A stretch of 64,000 nucleotides of DNA from positions 8,960,001 through 9,024,000 of the forward strand of contig OZ244999.1 in NCBI GenBank assembly GCA_965223265.1. The letters run 5' to 3'. A model generated the notes under the pieces. That model searched no databases, had not been told where the DNA came from, and worked only from the letters and a program-made list of their open reading frames with translations. Below are positions 22,153-31,291 of this stretch, piece after piece (position 1 is the stretch's first letter; each line of letters begins with the position of its first letter). The translations under genes were made by a program, and so were the position numbers. The DNA comes from Planctomycetota bacterium. GTDB lineage: Bacteria > Planctomycetota > UBA8108 > SXIK01.

Positions 22153-22313
22153 AGGTAAATCGACCGGGTTGTATCAAAGATTCGTCAGATTACGTCGGCT
22201 TACACCGAAAGGACTTACGACAGCGGAAGGTTGGAGGTGCATTGTGTGCTCGACTTCACAGTTCCGAGCACCGCGTAAGCTCGACAAGGCCGCCGCCGTG
22301 CGGTGACCCCAAC

Positions 22314-22570
22314 CCACACGGACTCCCACACGGACTCCCACACGGACTCCCACACCCACGGGAACGGCCGACGCGCACGCCGACAAGGCCGGACGGCACA
22401 CGGCGTGTGCCTGCCACGTTGAAGAGGCGCGCACCCCCTCCCACACGGACTCCCACACGGACTCCCACACCCACGGGAACGGCCGACGCGCACGCCGACA
22501 AGGCCGGACGGCACACGGCGTGTGCCTGCCACGTTGAAGAGGCGCGCACCCCCTCCCACACGGACTCCCC
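22314..22570. repeat. 12-bp repeats (CACACGGACTCC) plus a 115-bp tandem duplication containing a REP
   Basis: 22326-22440 is repeated at 22441-22555; each unit carries ACGGCACACGGCGTGTGCCTGCCAC (22393-22417, 22508-22532). Confidence 0.85.
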
Positions 22571-22573
22571 CTC

Positions 22574-22657
22574 CCACGCCCACGCCCACGCCCACGCAAA
22601 CGCCCACGCAAACGCCCACGCCCACGCCCACGCAAACGCAAACGCAAACGCAAACGC
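22574..22657. repeat. Hexamer tract (CACGCC / CACGCA / AACGCA)n
   Basis: Read directly from sequence; G-rich on the minus strand. Confidence 0.85.
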
Positions 22658-22671
22658 GCGCGAGCAATCTC

Positions 22672-23742
22672 CTACAGATCGCGGAAACGAAAGCTGCTTT
22701 CGATCTTGGCGGCGTCCGTTCTGCCATCGACCTCAACGTACGGATAGATCAGGAAATTCACTGGCCCGCCGCTCTGCGGTGGATCGAGAATCAGATCGCG
22801 TCCGCGCGAGAACGCGACGCGGTTTTCGCAGATGGCACCGAAGAAGTATTCTTTCCTCGTCGGGTCCTTGTCGGCCTCCGAAGCGTCCACCGGACGCCAG
22901 CGGCCGGCGTCGTCTTGGTACCAGGCCCAGCAGTGATAGCCGCCGACGGATCCTTCGCCGCGGCGTTCTGGAAGCGGAAATCCGATCTCAAAGACGGCGG
23001 GAATCTCCTTCGCGCGCGACATGGCGATGAAGAGAGTGTGAAAATCGGAACAGTTTCCCTTACCACTCTCGCAGACGTACTCCAGATTGCCGCGTCCCCA
23101 ACCCACGCCAGATTTGTCGTAGTCGACGTCGGCGAGAACTTGATCGTAGATCGCTTTCGCTTTTCCTTCGACGTCGGAGTGTCCGTGGGTGGCTCGTGCG
23201 GCTCGGAGTCTTGCCGCATCGCTGAGCGGCGCGAGGCGGTCTCCGGACAAAAGTCGCCTTCGACGTGGCAGACCGGGGAGGTTTGCGAGCGCGGCGACTT
23301 CGTGGCGGTCGACGTCCATCGTCACGGAGATCGGGATCTCGTCGGGTAGCGGCGCATTGAACTCGAGGTAAGCAAGACGGTTGCCGTAGACCTTCTCCTC
23401 GCCAAATTCAGGCTTCGCCGGAGCGTTCACCTCGACGCGCTGCACGGTCTGCGCGCCGTCGTCGGTCGGGAGCGGTAGCCAGATACGCACCTGATTGGCG
23501 TCTTTCGCGATGCCGGATATGGTCGTGCTGTATTCGAAGCGAAACAGTCGCCGACCCGAGAGGTCCGTTTGTTCTTGGGGCTCGCGACACGCGCAGAGCG
23601 GCAACCCGAAGACCAGAATGCACGCAAGACGGAGGAGCCGCGTGCGACAGGCCTGTCGACAAGCGCGCTGGGAGTTGTCGCAAGCGTTCAATCGATGCAA
23701 GCCACGATCGTGACGAATGGAAGAGTTCATAAACGAAAACAA
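22672..23742 (-). CDS. Transglutaminase-like domain protein (possible lipoprotein)
   Basis: GNCSDFH, GYHCWAW, PVDASE triad; hydrophobic LACILVFGLPLCAC segment; true start probably downstream of 23742. Confidence 0.82.
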   Translation of the reverse strand: MFSFMNSSIRHDRGLHRLNACDNSQRACRQACRTRLLRLACILVFGLPLCACREPQEQTDLSGRRLFRFEYSTTISGIAKDANQVRIWLPLPTDDGAQTVQRVEVNAPAKPEFGEEKVYGNRLAYLEFNAPLPDEIPISVTMDVDRHEVAALANLPGLPRRRRLLSGDRLAPLSDAARLRAARATHGHSDVEGKAKAIYDQVLADVDYDKSGVGWGRGNLEYVCESGKGNCSDFHTLFIAMSRAKEIPAVFEIGFPLPERRGEGSVGGYHCWAWYQDDAGRWRPVDASEADKDPTRKEYFFGAICENRVAFSRGRDLILDPPQSGGPVNFLIYPYVEVDGRTDAAKIESSFRFRDL

Positions 23743-24080
23743 AGTTTTCCCCTTCTTAGCAGAGACCCGTCCTGTCGCTCACGTGCGCCGTGTACGACGA
23801 CGGGTGGGTTCGCTCTCGCACCTCTCGGAGTGCTGAAGCGAAGCTGGCCTTTGACGCGGCGCGGTGCACCATGTCGGCGGCGAGAAAGAAGGAGCTCCGC
23901 TGGAGCTATTTCGAAAGCGCGAGGAAAAATGCAGACGACCTGCCAGCAGTCACGCAGTGTGCTCAGCCAAAAGGCAAGGTGATCTGGTACTTTGAGAAGC
24001 GCTTTCGCATTCAAGAACAGTATCTGAAGCGGAAGGTTGCGTCAAGCGCGGCACGGCTGATCCGACGGCGGCTCCGTGTT

Positions 24081-25505
24081 TCAATCGACTCGCAGCACCA
24101 CCCCGGGGCTCTTCGCCGCCAAAACCCAAACCCGTACCCAATCGAGTCGCGGTGGTCGCTCCTCTTGTTCGTTCGCGACCGCGGTCAACCGCCGGTGGAG
24201 CTCAGTTTCATCTCGCAGCGCTAAATCGTCCACGCGATGCACGCCGAGTCTTTCGAGTAGGTGGCCGTAGCGCGCTCCGATCCCTTTGAACGTATAAAGC
24301 TCCGCGCGACCGACGATCTCATTTAGACGTCCGTTCACCCACGCGAGATCACTTGCGAGTTGGGTGCGCTCGTTGGAGGCTTCGACTCGACGCAGCAGCT
24401 GCCGTGGTCGCTGCACGTCGAGACCACGCAGCTGGCGCTCTTCGACCGCGGACAGGTCGAGGTCCTGTAGCGTCAACTCGAATGAGCCGCAGTTCGTGTC
24501 GACCGCGAGGAGCGCAACGAGGGCCCAAAAGAGCGGCTGTGCACGGCTCAAGGATTGCGCCCTGGGAGTTGTATGCTTCTGTGGCTCCATCGCGTAGCTG
24601 AGATCGTCCAGTCGTTCCCATGTCTCGCCGCGCCCAAGAAACGACGCCATGAGCGCGTACGCTGCAAGACAGTCGAACGCCAATGCTGGAAAACCGAGGA
24701 AGCCGAGGAGAGGCATTTCGAACAGCTTGAAGTTCTCAAGTCCGCGGACGGTGTAGATCCACTTTTGCGGTGCGAGATAGTTGCAGCTCTCCCAGACAAC
24801 TCCGCAAATCAAACCGGCGACAAAGACGCGCCCGAAGAGCCCCCAATCTCGAGATTCCATGTCACGCAGAATCGAGCGCGTGCCGCGGCGATAGTTCCAG
24901 GGATCGACGATGAACGTGAAACTACCCCAGATGAGCGGTGCGCAGTAGTACGGGAAGACAATCGCCGTGAAAGCCATTGCTGCCCCGAGGCCTTGCACTG
25001 CGTAGCTGACCCACGTGGGCAGTTTGCCGGGCGTCTCCGCTGGCGCGTCTCGGCGTCGCCAGAGCCCGAACGCGGTCAACGCATCGTAAGTCGAGAAGAT
25101 GCCGACGAACACAGTCGAGAACGAGAGAACGACGAAAACGCCCCCACCGAGAAGCTCCAAAAGGCTATCGGCGGTGAACACGCCAACGTAGTACCAGTTC
25201 TGGAAGCGGACGTTGAGGAGTTCAAAGAAACACCAAAACGTCGTCGACCACAGGCACATTGACAGAACGTAACGCCGTCTTGTTGTCAGCAAAGAGTCCC
25301 CACGACGCAGTGCGCTCAAGCCGTCAAGGATGAAGATGTATGACCACCAAGCGTAGGCGTAGAACGGCTGCGCGATCCACCCGATGTCACGCCACAATCC
25401 CCAGGCCGAAAGAGCCGCGAGCCCGAAGCCGGCGCACAGATGGAGAACACCGAGGCGCGCCACGGTCTTGGGCTGAAGAGGTAGACGAAGAGTCGTGGAA
25501 AACAT
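24081..25505 (-). CDS. Integral membrane protein with C-terminal DUF4332-like (HhH) domain
   Basis: Two-fold repeated membrane motif (FWCFFELLN..QNWYY / GVVWESCNY..KWIY..FEMPLLGFLGFP); C-terminal KGIGARYGHLLERLGV. Confidence 0.7.
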   Translation of the reverse strand: MFSTTLRLPLQPKTVARLGVLHLCAGFGLAALSAWGLWRDIGWIAQPFYAYAWWSYIFILDGLSALRRGDSLLTTRRRYVLSMCLWSTTFWCFFELLNVRFQNWYYVGVFTADSLLELLGGGVFVVLSFSTVFVGIFSTYDALTAFGLWRRRDAPAETPGKLPTWVSYAVQGLGAAMAFTAIVFPYYCAPLIWGSFTFIVDPWNYRRGTRSILRDMESRDWGLFGRVFVAGLICGVVWESCNYLAPQKWIYTVRGLENFKLFEMPLLGFLGFPALAFDCLAAYALMASFLGRGETWERLDDLSYAMEPQKHTTPRAQSLSRAQPLFWALVALLAVDTNCGSFELTLQDLDLSAVEERQLRGLDVQRPRQLLRRVEASNERTQLASDLAWVNGRLNEIVGRAELYTFKGIGARYGHLLERLGVHRVDDLALRDETELHRRLTAVANEQEERPPRLDWVRVWVLAAKSPGVVLRVD

Positions 25506-25570
25506 GGCGTTCGTCCTTACGTCGGCGCGACGCGTGCACCCCGCGCATGCCCTCGGTTCAGCACGCCCCT

Positions 25571-26947
25571 TCAATTCAAACGGTTTAAGATGTCGCCCAG
25601 GCTTTGATCGAGAATCGCGAGCATCTCGTCGAGCTGTTCGCCCGTGGTGACGAGTGGTGGACCGAAGGCGATCCAGTGTGGATCGAAGCGGCACAAGAGA
25701 CCGAGTTCCAGCGCGCGACGCCCGACTTGCACGCCGAAAGCCACGTCGTCTGCAAATCGTTCCTTCGTCTCGACGTTACGGACAAACTCCATTCCTTGAA
25801 GAAAGCCTTTGCCACGAATGTCGCCGACGACGCCATGCTTCTCGGCCAGGCGTTCGAAGCCGCGGCGCAGGCGTTCCCCTTGGACTTTGACGTTGGCGAG
25901 CAGGTCGCGCTCGATGATCTCGCGCAGAACGGCCAGCGCGGCAGAGCACGAGATCGGATTACCTTCGAACGTGTGGCCTTCGACGAAGCCGGGGTTGTCG
26001 GTTGCGTCGCCCCAGAAGGAATCTGCAATCGAGCGCCCGCAGATCATCGCTGAGATCGGTGCGTAACCGCCGCCGAGTCCCTTGCCGACGCACAGTACGT
26101 CAGGTGTGACACCGAAAGTCTCAGCGGCGAACAGCTCTCCGGTGCGGCCAGCTCCGGTGATGATTTCGTCGAAGATCAGTAGCACGTCGTGGCGAGTGCA
26201 GACTTCGCGAAGGATCCTCAGGTATTCGTCCGGTGGATCAATGATGCCGCCGGTGTGGCCGATCGGCTCGACGATCACCGCCGCGACCGTCTTCGGATCT
26301 TCGAGGTCGACTACGTCACCGACCAATGTCGCACACGTGATGTCGCACTCGGGATAGGTCTTACCGAAAGGACAGCGATAGCAAGTTGGTGGAAACACGT
26401 GAACGAATCCTGGCGCCATGGGCTCGTTGACGGTCTTGCGCGATTTCAACCCAGACGCCGACAGTGAGCCAAGGGTAGAGCCGTGCCAGGAATGATAGCG
26501 CGATACTATTTTGTACTTACCCGCGTTCCCGCGGAGGCGATGATACTGGCGCGCCAATTTGATCGCGGCTTCGGTCGCTTCAGAGCCACCGCATTCGAAT
26601 TTGATCGCGCCGAGATCTCCCGGAGCGAGCTCGGCGAGCAGATTGGCAAGCTGGATCGCGACGGGGTTCGTCCCGTGCATCGCGGGTGAAAAGTGTGTGC
26701 GGTCGAGCTGCGCGTGCATCGAGTCGATGACGCGGCGGTTGTTGTGGCCGACCGAGACGACGTAGATGCCGCTGATGGCGTCGAAGTAGCGCTTGTCGTG
26801 GACGTCCCAGTAGAACACATCGTCGGCACGCTGCATGATGAGCGGATTCTTCGACCACTCGGCCATCTGGTCGCGGACGAAGATGCTGCGCAGGAACTGC
26901 TGCTCGGTCGTCTGGGCGGCGGAGATGAGATCGGGGAAGGTGTTCAT
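25571..26947 (-). CDS. Class III PLP-dependent aminotransferase
   Basis: GGSEATEAAIK, SWHGST, LIFDEIITGAGRTG, GKGLGGGY, GHTFEGNP. Confidence 0.92.
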   Translation of the reverse strand: MNTFPDLISAAQTTEQQFLRSIFVRDQMAEWSKNPLIMQRADDVFYWDVHDKRYFDAISGIYVVSVGHNNRRVIDSMHAQLDRTHFSPAMHGTNPVAIQLANLLAELAPGDLGAIKFECGGSEATEAAIKLARQYHRLRGNAGKYKIVSRYHSWHGSTLGSLSASGLKSRKTVNEPMAPGFVHVFPPTCYRCPFGKTYPECDITCATLVGDVVDLEDPKTVAAVIVEPIGHTGGIIDPPDEYLRILREVCTRHDVLLIFDEIITGAGRTGELFAAETFGVTPDVLCVGKGLGGGYAPISAMICGRSIADSFWGDATDNPGFVEGHTFEGNPISCSAALAVLREIIERDLLANVKVQGERLRRGFERLAEKHGVVGDIRGKGFLQGMEFVRNVETKERFADDVAFGVQVGRRALELGLLCRFDPHWIAFGPPLVTTGEQLDEMLAILDQSLGDILNRLN

Positions 26948-27335
26948 AGGTAATGTCTGCGGGTCCTCAAGAGGTCGGCGGTATCGCTGCGGATGATACT
27001 CGAGTTCATCGACGAGGTAAAACGGCCACCATGTGGCAGCGATCCGTCTCATGGCTTGCGGAACGTTGCTCGCTGACTCGGCGTCGGCTGGACGTGAAGC
27101 GGGTGACGGCGTACGATGCTCGACGCGATTCACCTGGCGTGTCGGCGATTTTTATACCGCGTGGGCGCAAGTCGCCGTCGCCTTGACGAAGTGTCGCCAA
27201 AGTCAGCGCTGACGAAAGCGAGCTTCGGCGCGGCAGTTTGTGCTGCAGGTCGCCGCGGAAACGACAACATAACTGCAGGAAGAAGGCGCGCGGTCGATGA
27301 ATGTGCGTCTGACCAACGAGCGGGAGATCAAGAAA

Positions 27336-28037
27336 ATGAGTGACGCGAAACGCGCCGCATTCGGCTCCGACGACCTGAGCCTTCCCGCGGCGCTGCGAGC
27401 TCCTCTTCAGGAGCATCTGGAGGATCTTCGAGGCAAGTATCTGCAGCGCGGCTGGGGGGCACGAGTCGGCTTCGGCGAGCGCCCGGCGCTCATCGTGATC
27501 GACCTGGCGAAGTTTTGGCTTGATCCAGATTTGCAGATCGGCAGCGATCTCGATTCCGTTGTCGACGCCACCTGCAAGGTCCTTGCGGCGTCACGGCAGG
27601 CTCAAATTCCGATCTTCTTTACGACGCTCGCATACGACCCTGCAGATCCTCCGAGTCCACAGAACGTTAAGCTACAGATGCGCATTCCACCGGATCCGGG
27701 CGACCTCTTCGAGGTCGACGCGCGACTGGAGCGGCGCGCCAGCGAGAAGCTGATCAAGAAGCGATACGCGTCATCGTTCAAAGGCACGAACTTACACGAG
27801 ATGCTCGCGTCCCTTGGCGTCGATACATTGATCGTCACCGGCATCAGCACGAGTCATTGCGTCTACGCGACGTGTCGCGATGCGACGGATAGCTTTCGGG
27901 TGATTGTCCCACGCGAAGCTGTCGGCGAGCGTTGCGAGATCATGCACGCGGTGAATCTCCTCGACATCGATATCGATCTCGGGGACGTCACCCCCGTCAC
28001 GCAGGTGGTGGAGTGGATCACGCGCCTGCGTGCGTGA
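27336..28037 (+). CDS. Isochorismatase/cysteine hydrolase (N-carbamoylsarcosine amidase / maleamate amidohydrolase-like)
   Basis: PALIVID, KKRYASSF, TGISTSHCV (Asp-Lys-Cys triad). Confidence 0.88.
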   Translation: MSDAKRAAFGSDDLSLPAALRAPLQEHLEDLRGKYLQRGWGARVGFGERPALIVIDLAKFWLDPDLQIGSDLDSVVDATCKVLAASRQAQIPIFFTTLAYDPADPPSPQNVKLQMRIPPDPGDLFEVDARLERRASEKLIKKRYASSFKGTNLHEMLASLGVDTLIVTGISTSHCVYATCRDATDSFRVIVPREAVGERCEIMHAVNLLDIDIDLGDVTPVTQVVEWITRLRA

Positions 28038-28103
28038 CGTCGAGCCATCGGTGTGACTCGCACATGCTAGTGACCTCGATCGGGTGCGGATCGACTGTTC
28101 ACG

Positions 28104-28706
28104 CTAAGTTGCTGCGCCTTCGGAGGCCGGAGTCTTGCCGACGACGATCGCGATGACCGCGCCGGCGAGACCCCACGCGATCATGACGTCGGCGATCCCG
28201 ATGATCGTGAACATGTCCGGGTAGCCCCACCAAATCCAGTTGGGCAGGTAGCCAACCACGCTCGCGAACAGAGCCAGCCCGACGACGAAGGTCACCCGGG
28301 CCATGAAGCTCTGGAGTCGCGCTTGCAGTAGTAACCAGGTGACGACGATTGCGCCTAAGATGTTGACGGCTGCGCCAAAACCCATGTTGACGAACATTGA
28401 GGGCATGCCCTTCTTGCGCACGACGGCGAAGAGAAACGGACCCTCCGTCATCTTTCGCTGGCATTCGTCAAACGCCGCTTTCTTCTCTTCGGGTGTCATG
28501 TCGGCGCTGATTTTGGCCATTCCCGGGTAGGTGTAAACGCCCGGTTCATCGGAGGGGACACCGGCGACAACGGCGTCCTTCACGGCCGATTCGTCGTCCA
28601 AGGAGTTGATGGTCGGATTGTGCCACGTCAGCACCATCCACGAGACCATGCTCCACGCGAAGGCCACGACTCCGCCGATGATTCCACCAATGATTACCTT
28701 CGCCAT
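28104..28706 (-). CDS. Hypothetical four-TM membrane protein
   Basis: MAKVIIGGIIGGVVAFAWSMVSWMVL..PGVYTYPG..NWIWWGYP; GGAG RBS. Confidence 0.7.
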   Translation of the reverse strand: MAKVIIGGIIGGVVAFAWSMVSWMVLTWHNPTINSLDDESAVKDAVVAGVPSDEPGVYTYPGMAKISADMTPEEKKAAFDECQRKMTEGPFLFAVVRKKGMPSMFVNMGFGAAVNILGAIVVTWLLLQARLQSFMARVTFVVGLALFASVVGYLPNWIWWGYPDMFTIIGIADVMIAWGLAGAVIAIVVGKTPASEGAAT

Positions 28707-28899
28707 CGTTTTCTCCGAAGCAGCGCCATGATCGATTTTTCGGACTCCACCGCATTGGTATAGCCTGCCGCTTGAGACAGCACAAGGGCTCGTCCAGGAC
28801 CTAAACCCGTACTCGCCCGCAGTTCTCTGGTTGCTCGGCTCGCGTCCTCTGGGGTACATTCGACTTCACACTCGGCACAGAATCGGAGGTTCATGCGCC

Positions 28900-30246
28900 A
28901 TGTTCGACGTGGGTGGGTTTTCAGCGACCGATTGCCAGGGCGTTTCGCGGCGCGGGTTTCTCCGCGTCGGCGCGAGCTTGCCGATCGCACTCGGCCTGAA
29001 CTCGTCGTTCGCCCGGCGCCTCGACGCGAGTGCCGGTCGAGCCAAATCAGTCCTGGTGGTGTGGCTTTGGGGTGGTCCGAGCCACCTCGACACGTTCGAC
29101 CCGAAACCCGATGCGCCTCTCGAGGTGCGCGGCCCGTTCGGCACGATCCCAACGCGCGTGCCGGGTGCGCGTTTTAGTGAACTGCTCCCGAAGCTCGCGC
29201 AGAGAAACCATCTCTACTCGCTCGTGCGGAGTAACGTGAACTTCAGCGGTGATCACTTGATCGCGGGGTCGATCGGACTCACGGGCGGCAAGGAAGGACC
29301 CACCGGGCACCCGCCCAACTTTGGATCTGTCGTGGCGCGGCATCGGCCAAGCGATCACATGCCTGCATTCGTCTCGTTGGCGAGTGGACCGATCGGTGAT
29401 GGACGTGGCCCGATGAAGGGGCATGGAGGCGGCAGCTGGGGGCCGGCGTACGACCCGTTGCTGGTGAACTGTTCCGAGGCGGGGCAGGTGGAAATCCCGG
29501 CGCTCAAGCTTCTCGACGGACTCACTCCAGCGCGGCTCGCCGCGCGCCGAACGCTGCTCGCCGATCTCGACGCGACGCGCCGCCGGCTTGATCTGCAGGC
29601 GGAGACGGCGCGTTCGCGCGAGTGGAAGGAGCTGCACGAGCGCGCCTACGCACTACTCGCTGCGCCGGAGGCGCGTCAGGCGTTCGATCTGAGCAGCGAG
29701 TCGCAGCGCCTGCGTGAAGCCTACGGGCACACGTCGTTCGGGCAGAGCTGTCTGCTGGGTCGGCGCTTGGTGGAGGCGGGCGTGCCTTACGTCCAGGTTA
29801 ACTGGAGCCGTTTCGTCGAGGTTCTCTATCCGTTCTCCGATTACGGCTGGGACACGCACGCCGACAACTTCCAGTTGCTCGCCGATTGGCATTGTCCGAT
29901 TCTCGACCGCGCTGTTTCCGCACTCTTCGACGACCTGAGCGATCGAGGCCTTCTCGATTCGACTCTGGTTGTCTGCCTTGGCGAGTTTGGCCGCACGCCG
30001 CGCATCAATCCGATCGGCTCGCGCGACCACTGGCATCCGTGTTACTTTTCGCTGTGGGCCGGTGCTGGCGTGCAGCCCGGGCGTGTGGTCGGTGAGAGCG
30101 ACGCCTACGCGGAGCACCCGGTGAGCGATCCGATCACTCCTGCGACTGTCGGCACAACCATCCTCGAGCTGAGTGGCATCTCTAGTCAGCAGCGTGCCGA
30201 GCTGAAGACCCTTCAAGACGGGCGTGTGATCCATGAGCTGCTGTAG
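28900..30246 (+). CDS. DUF1501 domain protein (Tat substrate)
   Basis: SRRGFLRVG, WLWGGPSHLDTFDPKP, WDTH, GEFGRTP, RDHW. Confidence 0.9.
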   Translation: MFDVGGFSATDCQGVSRRGFLRVGASLPIALGLNSSFARRLDASAGRAKSVLVVWLWGGPSHLDTFDPKPDAPLEVRGPFGTIPTRVPGARFSELLPKLAQRNHLYSLVRSNVNFSGDHLIAGSIGLTGGKEGPTGHPPNFGSVVARHRPSDHMPAFVSLASGPIGDGRGPMKGHGGGSWGPAYDPLLVNCSEAGQVEIPALKLLDGLTPARLAARRTLLADLDATRRRLDLQAETARSREWKELHERAYALLAAPEARQAFDLSSESQRLREAYGHTSFGQSCLLGRRLVEAGVPYVQVNWSRFVEVLYPFSDYGWDTHADNFQLLADWHCPILDRAVSALFDDLSDRGLLDSTLVVCLGEFGRTPRINPIGSRDHWHPCYFSLWAGAGVQPGRVVGESDAYAEHPVSDPITPATVGTTILELSGISSQQRAELKTLQDGRVIHELL

Positions 30247-31291
30247 TGCGACGCTGCGACTGAGTGGTTGGCGCGGCGCGCTTCGATCGGTTCGGAAGTG
30301 TCTCCGCCTCACGGTCGCCATGGTTTTGGGCCTCTGCGCCGCCGCCTGTCCGCTCGCCGGAGTCTTCGCTGGCGAGCCTGTTGCCGTGACGAGCGATGGT
30401 CTCCTTAAGCTCGCACCTTCTTTCGCCGATGCCGGCGCTGCGATCGTCTACTCAGTGCATGACATCCCAAACCGAGTCACGCTGTTCAAACGCGACCTTG
30501 AAACAGGGGCGATGGAGCGTCTCCTGCCGAATACGGAAAACCACCAATTCGATGCAGAGCTCTCTCCCGACGGTCGTTATCTCGTCTATTCGCGGACGCT
30601 ATCGTCGCCTCAGATGCAGCTGGTCATTTACGACCGCCGCGAAAAGAAGGAGTCCGTCCACAATCCGCGCGGTGCACGCAGTACCATTCGTGGCGCAGTG
30701 GTGACGCCAGACTCCCAGCTGGTCGTCTTCAGCCAATCGGGGCCAGGCGGGCAGCAGATCGTGCGGACGAACATGAAGGCTGAGGAGCTGACGTACTTGA
30801 CGCGGTCGCCGGGGATCAACATCTCTCCGGCTGTCTCTCCGGATGGGCGCGCCGTGGCCTTCAGCTCGAGTCGTGACGGCAACCTTGAAATCTACGTCAT
30901 GAACATTGATGGATCCGAGCAGCGCCGGGTCACGCGCAGTCCGACGCTCGACATGCATCCCGCGTGGTCTCCCGACGGGCGTCGCCTTGCTTTCACCAGC
31001 AGCCGCGACGGCAACTACGAGATCTACGTTGTCACTGTCGCACGCAGCGCCGACGAGGGCGATGGCGAAGCGACCGCGAGCACAAGCGCTGGCAAGACAG
31101 CCTCGCAGCCCGCAGCTGCAGCACCCCCTCTTAAAGCGTTCAATCTCACGCAGCATCCCGAACGCGACGATTTTGCCGTCTGGCACCCCGACGGGCGTCG
31201 CGTGCTCGCGGTGTCTGAGCGGCGCGGTCGATTCGATCTTTATTTGTTCGAAGTGCCTGCGGAGGAGGTGGGAGGCGGGGTGGCGGAATAG
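30233..31291 (+). CDS. TolB-like PD40 beta-propeller protein
   Basis: Repeated PAWSPDGRRLAFTSSRDGNYEIY motifs; signal-like N-terminus. Confidence 0.85.
   Translation: MSCCSATLRLSGWRGALRSVRKCLRLTVAMVLGLCAAACPLAGVFAGEPVAVTSDGLLKLAPSFADAGAAIVYSVHDIPNRVTLFKRDLETGAMERLLPNTENHQFDAELSPDGRYLVYSRTLSSPQMQLVIYDRREKKESVHNPRGARSTIRGAVVTPDSQLVVFSQSGPGGQQIVRTNMKAEELTYLTRSPGINISPAVSPDGRAVAFSSSRDGNLEIYVMNIDGSEQRRVTRSPTLDMHPAWSPDGRRLAFTSSRDGNYEIYVVTVARSADEGDGEATASTSAGKTASQPAAAAPPLKAFNLTQHPERDDFAVWHPDGRRVLAVSERRGRFDLYLFEVPAEEVGGGVAE

Larger units (their letters stand above)
19595..22247 (+). mobile_element. Large-serine-recombinase mini-element (DUF5372-like ORF + small ORF + LSR), about 2.65 kb
   Basis: Removing it at a shared GT dinucleotide (19595-96 / 22246-47) restores a leader homologous to 18359-18451 and the hairpin GGTGCTCG...CGAGCACC. 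Confidence 0.75.

Noticed and set aside
22314-22570. CRISPR array
   Set aside because: The repeated units are wholly identical with no unique spacers, and there are no cas genes.
22149-23349. ORFs with HAHAHA / PTPTPT / CVCVGV runs (likewise PLPLSL, CLCLCL, RGRGRG ORFs at 30.6-31.6 kb)
   Set aside because: Translations of the hexamer tracts in several frames; not credible proteins.
23790-24224. 144-aa plus-strand ORF
   Set aside because: Overlaps the DUF4332-like gene end and has no recognisable motif; at most a small-gene remnant.
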